A DNA stretch of 12,863 nt from a candidate division WOR-3 bacterium (lineage in GTDB: Bacteria > Hydrothermota > Hydrothermia > Hydrothermales > Hydrothermaceae): assembly GCA_039803745.1 (NCBI GenBank), contig JBDRZD010000010.1, positions 23,499-36,361 of the forward strand, written 5' to 3'. Below, piece by piece: positions 1-6,504 of the stretch. The stretch's first letter is position 1. Each line of letters starts with the position of its first letter. The translations under genes and the position numbers were made by a program. Under the pieces are notes generated by a model. That model ran no database searches. It worked only from the letters and a program-made list of their open reading frames with translations, and was not told the origin of the DNA.

Positions 1-2714
1 GGCTTTTTTGTTGAAATAAAAATCGGTATTAAAATTAAAGAAGATAAAGAAGAAATTATCATTGTAATAAAAGTTAAAAATCCAAATCTTTTTATAGGAA
101 GTAAGTCAGCAAAAATTAACACAAGGAAACCAAACCCAACAGAAAAGGCATTTATTAAAACTGCTTTTCCGGTTGTTCTTAAAAGGTTTTCAAAGGCATT
201 TTCATAACTTTCTTTTTTTATTTCTATTTTAATTCTTGAAATAACATGAATTGCATAATCTATTCCTATACCTATTATAATAGGTGCAATCATCACACTT
301 GCAGCATCAAGAGGGAATTTTAAAAATCCTAAAAGTCCAAAATATAAAAGGATTGTAAAACTAATGGGCAGAATTGAAATCAAGCCCCCTATAATTGATT
401 TCCATTCAATTGATACAAAAATAAAAACTAATATTAAAACCATTAAAAGACTCTGTAACTGACTTTTCAAGAGGTTCTCATCAAGTTTTTTGTAAATTTG
501 GGGAACTCCTGCATGATAAATTTTAAAACTAACTATTTCTCCTTTATTCTCAAACTCTTTTTTATAGGGTATGATCCATCTATCTCCTGTAAATTCATAA
601 ATATAATCTTTTATTTTTCCATTCAAATTCACACTATTTACAAAATTTTCTCTTTTTACCTCTTTGAGAATTTCTTTCAATTCAGAAGAAGTTTCTTCAA
701 TTTCTTCTTCATTATTTTTAAAATACTTTTTCAATGTATTTTCTATATCTTTATTTTTTAGTATTTCTTTTATAATTTTTTCTCTCAACTTTTTATCTTC
801 TATCTTAATATAAGCTTCTTCACTCTTAAAATATTCATCCAATTTTTTAAAAGCCAATGCCTCAAAGGATTTTTTATGATTTTCTTCATTTAAAAAAGAA
901 TAGAGGAGTCCATAAATTTTTGAGGAATCTTTTATCTCAAAAACATCGCAAATCATCTTTGTATAGAATTTTGCATATTCTTTAAATACTTTTTCTTTTT
1001 CATAAAAATTTAAATTATTTTCTTCAACTATTAAATATTTACCATCAATTTTTTTTACAATTTTTTCTATTTCTTCGGTAATTTCCCTGTTTAGTTTTGT
1101 CCTTCCGAGTTCTGATACTACTTGAATTAATGCCTTTTTGCCATCTTTTTTTATTATCATATCAAGTTGAGGTTCACCTTCCAATAAAAAGTAAAGATTA
1201 TTTATCTTTTCTTCTGATTCCGGTATTGATCTGAATCCTGTTACAAGTTCATTCATTTCGGCAATTAAATCTGCAATTGATTGGGGATTATGGAGATAGG
1301 GTGATGTTTTAAGTTTATCACCTGTATATTTCATTAATTTTAGAATGAGAGGATTTTTGATATTATCAGCCTCAAAAACTATATAAGAGGAGGCATAGCC
1401 TCCAAATTCTTTTCTCACAAGTTCTGCAGAAAGCCTTACAGGATTTTTTTCAGGAAAATAAGAAATCATATCAACTTCCCGAGTTATTTTCAAAATTCCC
1501 ACAATACTTAAAAAGATAAGAATTATGGATATTTTTATTATTTTGTCTCTTAAAGTAACAATTAATTTAGAAAATAAAATAAGCCAGGAAGTAGGTGGAA
1601 AAGTAAGATCTTTGTTTGTAGAAGGTATTGCTTTTTTAAAAGAAAGAATAACAGGGATAAAAGTTAAAGTTAATATTAAAGCAAAGAGAACTCCTATTGC
1701 TGAGAAAATGCCAAATTTTCTTATTACATCAAGTTGAGTGTATATGAGAGATATAAATCCAAAAAAGGTTGTGATTGCTGCCATAAATATAGGAACCCAT
1801 ATTTCTTTTATACCTTCTTTTATTTTATTTCTTTCATTTCCAAGTTCTCTATATTTATTTAAAAGGTGTATTCCATAAGCAGAACCTACTACCAGAAGAA
1901 TAACAGGTAAAATATTTGAAACTATTGAAAGGGGTATATTTAAAAATCCCATAATACCAAGTGTCCATAAAATTGAAATTAAAACAACCAAAATCGGAAG
2001 TATAACTCCCTCTAAATTTCCGAATCCTAAAAATAAAATAAAAGCAATTATAACTGTTGAAAAAGGAATTAATCTTGTTATTTCCTTTCTTATCATTTCA
2101 TTTACAAATATAACTACAAGGGGAATCCCACTATAATAAATCTCAAAATCCTCTTTAATTTTTTCTGTTATCTCTCTTATTTTTAAAGCAGTTTTTTCTT
2201 TATCTCCCTCTTCAGAGAATCTTATTATAATTGAAGCATATTTGCCATCCTCTGAAACTATTACACCTTTGAATCTATCCTTTGACATTATATATTTTCT
2301 TAAACTGTCAAATTCTTCTTTTGTTTTTGGAATATAATTTGCGGGCAGAAGTTTACCAACTTCTATTCCTTCTTCTATTTTTTTAATATCCATAATATCT
2401 GCAAGACTTGTTACACCAGAAACCCCTTCTATTTTTTTATATTCCTCTGTAAGTTCTTGAATTTTCTTAAATGCTTTTTCATTAAATATATCAGGCTCAC
2501 CCTTTAATATAATCATTCCGATCAAATTCCCTTCAAATTCTTCTCCTATTTTGTTAAAAATTTTTATGTAAGGTTCATCTGGAGGAAGCGCCTTTAAGAT
2601 ATCTCCCTGAACCTTAAGTTTTGATATGCCAAAAATAGAAAAGATAGTTAAAGAGATAATGAGAATTAAATAAAAAATTCTTTTTTTAATTAAAAAATTT
2701 ATGATTTTGACCAT
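1..2714 (-). CDS. MMPL/RND-family transporter (COG1033-type lipid/hydrophobic-substrate permease), 3'-truncated by the window edge, >=904 aa
   Basis: Not in the ORF track because it has no stop inside the window. Hand translation from ATG 2714 (MVKIINFLIKKRIFYLILIISLTIFSIFGISKLKVQGDILKALPPDEP...) stays in one frame to ...MIISSLSSLILIPIFISTKK at position 3. It has the two-fold RND architecture (1 TM, periplasmic domain, 5 TM, twice). TM4 is VVGSAYGIH (GSAYGIH at 1866-1886) and TM10 is GIGIDYAIH (246-272). Paired repeat motifs: MAAITTFFGFISL / INAFSVGFGFLVL and SGIPLV / AGVPQI. Confidence 0.93.
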   Translation of the reverse strand, partial: MVKIINFLIKKRIFYLILIISLTIFSIFGISKLKVQGDILKALPPDEPYIKIFNKIGEEFEGNLIGMIILKGEPDIFNEKAFKKIQELTEEYKKIEGVSGVTSLADIMDIKKIEEGIEVGKLLPANYIPKTKEEFDSLRKYIMSKDRFKGVIVSEDGKYASIIIRFSEEGDKEKTALKIREITEKIKEDFEIYYSGIPLVVIFVNEMIRKEITRLIPFSTVIIAFILFLGFGNLEGVILPILVVLISILWTLGIMGFLNIPLSIVSNILPVILLVVGSAYGIHLLNKYRELGNERNKIKEGIKEIWVPIFMAAITTFFGFISLIYTQLDVIRKFGIFSAIGVLFALILTLTFIPVILSFKKAIPSTNKDLTFPPTSWLILFSKLIVTLRDKIIKISIILIFLSIVGILKITREVDMISYFPEKNPVRLSAELVRKEFGGYASSYIVFEADNIKNPLILKLMKYTGDKLKTSPYLHNPQSIADLIAEMNELVTGFRSIPESEEKINNLYFLLEGEPQLDMIIKKDGKKALIQVVSELGRTKLNREITEEIEKIVKKIDGKYLIVEENNLNFYEKEKVFKEYAKFYTKMICDVFEIKDSSKIYGLLYSFLNEENHKKSFEALAFKKLDEYFKSEEAYIKIEDKKLREKIIKEILKNKDIENTLKKYFKNNEEEIEETSSELKEILKEVKRENFVNSVNLNGKIKDYIYEFTGDRWIIPYKKEFENKGEIVSFKIYHAGVPQIYKKLDENLLKSQLQSLLMVLILVFIFVSIEWKSIIGGLISILPISFTILLYFGLLGFLKFPLDAASVMIAPIIIGIGIDYAIHVISRIKIEIKKESYENAFENLLRTTGKAVLINAFSVGFGFLVLIFADLLPIKRFGFLTFITMIISSLSSLILIPIFISTKK

Positions 2715-2716
2715 TT

Positions 2717-3358
2717 TTATTTAAGTTTTCTTAAAATTTCTTTCAGGTCTTTCTTTATTTCTTTTAAATCTTCCTTTATTTCATCCATTTCTTTTATTTT
2801 ATTCTCAGATACTCCTATTTCTGAAAGTATTTCTCTTATGTTATTTTTTAAATGTTCTTCAAGTTCCTTTTTTGAGGTTATCCCTATTTTTTTGAGTGCT
2901 TCATCAAGGATTGATTTTATTTTTTCTTCAAGTATTTTTTCCCTTTCTCTTGCAGATTCAATCAATAAATTTTTTAATTCTTCACCTTCTTTCTCACTTA
3001 TTTTCTTTTTATCTATAAGATTTCTTACAATTTCCCTTGCCTTCTGTTCTGTTAAAGAGATTGCATTTATTGAGGCAAGAAGAGAATTTTTTATAAATTC
3101 AATAACTGTTGATTTACCCGATTTTATGATTTCTCTTAAAATATAAGGAGCTGAAGAAAATTCTTTTCTATCTTTTACTATTTCCATTAAAATTTGAACA
3201 AGGGTTAAATCCGTTATATCATCACCGGTTTCGTTATCAATTACCTGAAAATCAATTCCCTCTTTTACATAATTTGCAAGTTCTGGAATGGTAATCATTT
3301 TTGATGCTTCTGTATCATATAATTTTCTATTTGAATATTTTTTAATTATTCTCTTCAT
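2717..3358 (-). CDS. PhaR-type (PHB_acc_N) DNA-binding regulator fused to a phasin-like (COG3937-type) helical domain and a C-terminal coiled coil
   Basis: N-terminus RIIKKYSNRKLYDTEASKMIT...VIDNETGDDITDLTLVQILME matches the PhaR N-terminal signature (IKKYxNRRLYDT...D..TG.D.T...L.QII.E). Residues ~86-170 (LLASINAISLTEQKAREIVRNLIDKKKISEKEGEEL...LKKIGITSKKELEE) resemble COG3937 phasin-family proteins. Confidence 0.85.
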   Translation of the reverse strand: MKRIIKKYSNRKLYDTEASKMITIPELANYVKEGIDFQVIDNETGDDITDLTLVQILMEIVKDRKEFSSAPYILREIIKSGKSTVIEFIKNSLLASINAISLTEQKAREIVRNLIDKKKISEKEGEELKNLLIESAREREKILEEKIKSILDEALKKIGITSKKELEEHLKNNIREILSEIGVSENKIKEMDEIKEDLKEIKKDLKEILRKLK

Positions 3359-3359
3359 T

Positions 3360-4646
3360 TTAAAAACTCACTTTTAAGTTCAAATAAAATTGATCGAAGT
3401 TCTTCCAGGAGCCTAAAAGACTTTGCCCTTTACCATGAAGGCTTATAGTTCCTAAATTTATTTCAATATTATCGTAAGGTTTATAGGAAATTTCTGGTAT
3501 CATTGAATAACCATAATTATCTTTAGGAAAATCCCAGTTTGCAATTTCATAGATTCCCGCTATTCCAATTTTTAATTTTTCTTCAAAGAATTTTTTCTCA
3601 ATTTTTGAAACAAAATAATCATGAATAGAATATGGAATGCTTGGGCTATATCTTTCAAAGAAAAAGCCATGATTCCATTGAAAATTGATATAAATCCCAT
3701 TTTTAAAAGTGTAGTCAAATCCAAAAGTAGATTTAACATAGGGTTTACTTAAAATCGTATCCTCATGAGGAATTGGTATTGGCATAATTATTATTACAGT
3801 ATCTCTTGGTATAAAATACCCTATTTCTCCCCATATTCCTACACTTTTAATTTCTCCAGCAAAATCAAATCCTATCATATGAATTTTCGGGAAAAAATAT
3901 AAAGCCTTTATTATTGTATCATGGTAGACTCTTATTCCCTTAAAAATTGGAAAATTATCAAAACCATAAAAATAGGATAACGAAGAATTGAATTTTAAAA
4001 ATTTTCCATAAATCTTTCCTGCAAACATTGGATTTTTAGAAGAGGGATATATAATTGTGTCTTTAATCCCGGGAAATTGAGAGTTTTCCAAAATTGGGAA
4101 TTCTCCTTCGGGCAAAAGTGGAGGTACGAATTTAGGTAAAAAAATTCCTTCTAAAGTAAATTCTTTTGGAAGATATAAATCAATTACAATTGCCTCTGAA
4201 GGTATCTTTTCTCCAAAGTCAAATGGATTTTGCAAATCATAAGGATTTAAAATATCTGTTGGATTCAATCTATCAGCTGTTCCCCAGGCAATTCTTTGTT
4301 TTCCTATTTTAACATCAATATTTTCAAATATAAAACTGTATAGATTTAAATAAAGTTCCCATAGATGAGGTTTGAGTTTATAAGAAGGGTTTGAAAGTTT
4401 TAAAAGGCTTGTTTCGGCATTTTTTGCCCATAATCTAAAAAGCAGGGATGCTCCATACTCGTAATTTTCTTTTTTATCTTTTAAATTGATTTCAAGTTGA
4501 TGAAACATATAAGGGATAGGTTTTATGGTATCTATTTGAAAGATATCTGGCTGGATAAGATAAGAATTATTGATTTTTGCTTCACCTTCAATTTCAATAG
4601 AGTAGAGGAGACTGAAAAAGAATAAAATAATAAGTATTTTTTTCAT
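3360..4646 (-). CDS. Outer-membrane beta-barrel protein, DUF1302-like porin associated with MMPL/LolA-like operons
   Basis: Signal peptide MKKILIILFFFSLLYS. Contains the motif LWELYLNLY...DVKIGKQRIAWGTADRLNPTDILNP typical of these barrels, alternating amphipathic strands, and a C-terminal Phe in a beta-signal-like tail (FYLNLKVSF). SD AAGGAGGT at 4650-4657. Confidence 0.78.
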   Translation of the reverse strand: MKKILIILFFFSLLYSIEIEGEAKINNSYLIQPDIFQIDTIKPIPYMFHQLEINLKDKKENYEYGASLLFRLWAKNAETSLLKLSNPSYKLKPHLWELYLNLYSFIFENIDVKIGKQRIAWGTADRLNPTDILNPYDLQNPFDFGEKIPSEAIVIDLYLPKEFTLEGIFLPKFVPPLLPEGEFPILENSQFPGIKDTIIYPSSKNPMFAGKIYGKFLKFNSSLSYFYGFDNFPIFKGIRVYHDTIIKALYFFPKIHMIGFDFAGEIKSVGIWGEIGYFIPRDTVIIIMPIPIPHEDTILSKPYVKSTFGFDYTFKNGIYINFQWNHGFFFERYSPSIPYSIHDYFVSKIEKKFFEEKLKIGIAGIYEIANWDFPKDNYGYSMIPEISYKPYDNIEINLGTISLHGKGQSLLGSWKNFDQFYLNLKVSF

Positions 4647-4655
4647 ATTACCTCC

Positions 4656-5360
4656 TTATTCTGCTCTTTTAAGATTTCTCTGTGTAAAAATTTCGTCTGA
4701 AAGTCCTGAATCAAGTTCCTCTTTAATTGTTTTCATTATTGTTTTGTGTTTATTTTTTACATTTTCCATTTCAATTTCAGAAATCACCCAATAATTTTTA
4801 ATTTGATTAAATTTTTTATTTCTCATTATTTTTAAAAGATTTTTTCCTTTGTCAAAAAATTTTACCGAGTCTGGAAGAAAAACTTTTTTATTTACAAACA
4901 TTATAAGTTTTGAATATTCTACATCAGAACCCTCTTTGGGAATAAGTTCAAGAACATATTGATTTTCATTTTCTTCCTTTATTTCTGCATTATAGTTTTT
5001 TGTAAATTCACTCTTTGCAAGGTCATTATAAGAAAAATCTGTTCCCATGAATGCCTCATTTTTCACATGGGAAGCAATCCTTCTTATTTTTTTAAAAGCA
5101 GGAAGATAAAGGTAAAGTTCATCATCTGAAAGAACAAGAAAACCTACTCCTTTTACCTCTGCAGGAGATTTAAAAACAAAAAGTTTTTTATACTTTCCTT
5201 TCATCCATATTTTCATCTCTCTTTCCTTTTGATTGCCCTCTGATTCAACAAGAACCATTTTAATTTCGCCAACTCTATCACAAGGTGCATTATAGTTATC
5301 CTCAACTTTTTTTAAAATATCATTCCCTGTTAACATTAAAAAGATTAACACAATGTTCAT
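4656..5360 (-). CDS. Outer-membrane lipoprotein-sorting (LolA-like fold) periplasmic carrier protein
   Basis: Family motifs F.SPAEVKGVGFL, LYLYLPAFKKIRRIAS, FMGTDFSYNDL and the C-terminal GLSDEIFTQRNLKR. Strong SD (AAGGAGGT, 5365-5372), with an in-frame TAA immediately upstream of the ATG. Confidence 0.9.
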   Translation of the reverse strand: MNIVLIFLMLTGNDILKKVEDNYNAPCDRVGEIKMVLVESEGNQKEREMKIWMKGKYKKLFVFKSPAEVKGVGFLVLSDDELYLYLPAFKKIRRIASHVKNEAFMGTDFSYNDLAKSEFTKNYNAEIKEENENQYVLELIPKEGSDVEYSKLIMFVNKKVFLPDSVKFFDKGKNLLKIMRNKKFNQIKNYWVISEIEMENVKNKHKTIMKTIKEELDSGLSDEIFTQRNLKRAE

Positions 5361-5385
5361 TTAAACCTCCTTTCCGGGAGAAAGA

Positions 5386-5411
5386 TTACACATTGAATTT
5401 ACGCATTGCAT
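5386..5411. promoter_or_regulatory. Candidate operator: tandem 13-bp direct repeat containing a PhaR-box-like TGC-N3-GCG
   Basis: TTACACATTGAAT (5386-5398) and TTACGCATTGCAT (5399-5411) are 11/13 identical. The minus strand reads ATGCAATGCGTAA at the predicted +1. Confidence 0.5.
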
Positions 5412-5417
5412 AATAAA

Positions 5418-5446
5418 ATAATACAGGAAAATTTTTAATTTGTCAA
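5418..5446 (-). promoter_or_regulatory. sigma70-type promoter for the LolA-like/OMP/PhaR/MMPL operon
   Basis: Minus strand reads TTGACA (5446-5441), 17-nt spacer AATTAAAAATTTTCCTG, TATTAT (5423-5418). Predicted start is ~5411, about 50 nt upstream of the ATG at 5360. Confidence 0.75.
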
Positions 5447-5465
5447 GGGTATAAAATTTAATTCA

Positions 5466-5497
5466 TTTTGAATTCAAAAATTATTTTCCCTTAAAAT
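5466..5497 (+). promoter_or_regulatory. Possible weaker promoter for the divergent OMP gene, with a 14-bp palindrome over its -35
   Basis: TTGAAT (5468-5473), 18 nt, TAAAAT (5492-5497). Perfect palindrome TTTTGAATTCAAAA at 5466-5479. The AT-rich background lowers specificity. Confidence 0.4.
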
Positions 5498-5524
5498 TTA
5501 AAAGTTAATTAAAAGGAGGTTTAA

Positions 5525-6067
5525 ATGAAAAAAATACTTGTTGTGGTCGTGTGTATAGTAGGACTTCTATCTGCCAAAAATCTGAAAGGGTCATTTGGAA
5601 TGGGTATAGGATGGAGTCCATTAGCATATGCAGGTGCCAGGGATTTTCCAACTCCTGACTTTGTAATTACAAAAATTGGGGTTTCTGACAAAATTATTAT
5701 TGAGCCACTTATTGGTTTTGATTTTACATCATATTCAAATGGAGCATCAGAATCCGGGAGTCTTATACAACTTCAGGGAATTCTGGGTTATATTTTTAGA
5801 GAACATAAAAAAACAAATATTTATTTAAAAGGAGGAATTGGATTTATGGTTGAATCGCCACCAGGAGATACTCCTTATTCCTCTGCCTTTGGTATAGGTA
5901 TACCATTTGGTTTTGGATTAGAGCACTTCTTTTCTGATTATTTTTCAATAAACCTTGATGCTTTTTCAGGATTTTCATTCATAAATATCAATGACCCTGA
6001 TGGAAGTGAAACCTCTTTTTCTCTTGGGAATCATAAAATATTCATTTCTCTGATGTGGTATTATTAA
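5525..6067 (+). CDS. Small outer-membrane beta-barrel protein (probably 8-stranded, OmpA-TM/OMP_b-brl-like)
   Basis: SD AAGGAGGT at 5513-5520. Signal peptide MKKILVVVVCIVGLLSA, Gly/aromatic-rich strands (IYLKGGIGF, FGIGIPFGFGLEHFF, FSINLD) and an aromatic C-terminus (ISLMWYY). Confidence 0.8.
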   Translation: MKKILVVVVCIVGLLSAKNLKGSFGMGIGWSPLAYAGARDFPTPDFVITKIGVSDKIIIEPLIGFDFTSYSNGASESGSLIQLQGILGYIFREHKKTNIYLKGGIGFMVESPPGDTPYSSAFGIGIPFGFGLEHFFSDYFSINLDAFSGFSFININDPDGSETSFSLGNHKIFISLMWYY

Positions 6068-6089
6068 AAAATTTAATAGGAGGGGGAAG

Positions 6090-6503
6090 TTAATCAATTT
6101 TCATATAAAATCTTTTTATATTTTTTCTCCCTTTTCTTTCAAAATCAAATTTATCTATTAATTTTTGAACAATAGAAAGTCCAAGTCCTCTTTCTTTTTT
6201 TAAAATTTCTTTTTCTTCAATATCTGCTTTACCCTTTTTATATATAAAAGGTTTTCCTTGGTCTTCAAAAGTTATAATTATATTTCTTTCATCTTTTTCT
6301 ATTTTAATCTTTATTGGTCCCTTTTTAAATTTATAAGAATGTTCAACAATATTTGAAAGGATCTCGTCAACCACTATTACTACATTAAGGATTTTATCCT
6401 TAGAAATTCTGAAGTTTTCAAGTGATTCATTTAAAATTGTTCTGAGTTCATTAAATTTTGTAAAAGGAGAAAATGTACAGAATTCAAAAATTTTCTTTTT
6501 CAT
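6090..6503 (-). CDS. RsbW/SpoIIAB-like anti-sigma factor Ser/Thr kinase (HATPase_c_2), ~137 aa
   Basis: N-box VVDEILSNIVEHSY, G1 FEDQGKPF, G2 ERGLGLSIVQKLID. Start moved from the track's 6569 to ATG 6503 (MKKKIFEF), which lies 1 nt after the upstream stop and avoids a 65-nt overlap. Confidence 0.88.
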   Translation of the reverse strand: MKKKIFEFCTFSPFTKFNELRTILNESLENFRISKDKILNVVIVVDEILSNIVEHSYKFKKGPIKIKIEKDERNIIITFEDQGKPFIYKKGKADIEEKEILKKERGLGLSIVQKLIDKFDFERKGRKNIKRFYMKID

Positions 6504-6504
6504 T

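Larger units (their letters stand above)
5356..5529. repeat. Perfect 18-bp inverted repeat (AAAGGAGGTTTAAATGAA) bracketing the divergent promoter region
   Basis: 5356-5373 (TTCATTTAAACCTCCTTT) is the exact reverse complement of 5512-5529 (AAAGGAGGTTTAAATGAA), with 138 bp between the arms. Each arm consists of the SD, spacer and start codon of one divergent gene. Confidence 0.9.

Noticed and set aside
498..761. 87-aa plus-strand ORF
   Set aside because: Phe-rich antisense shadow of the Lys/Glu-rich MMPL insert, with no SD or recognisable motif.
1525..1737. 70-aa plus-strand ORF
   Set aside because: Lies antisense within the continuous MMPL reading frame.
2838..3146. 102-aa plus-strand ORF
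   Set aside because: Ser/Phe-rich mirror of the PhaR-phasin gene.
2717..3358. Calling the locus a PHA biosynthesis cluster or naming the gene phaR
   Set aside because: No phaC, phaA or phaB is in the window and the domain architecture differs from canonical PhaR, so orthology is not established.
6068..6089. AGGAGGGGG SD-like tract between convergent genes, and search for a terminator there
   Set aside because: No start codon or ORF follows on the plus strand, and no complementary arm forms a convincing hairpin.
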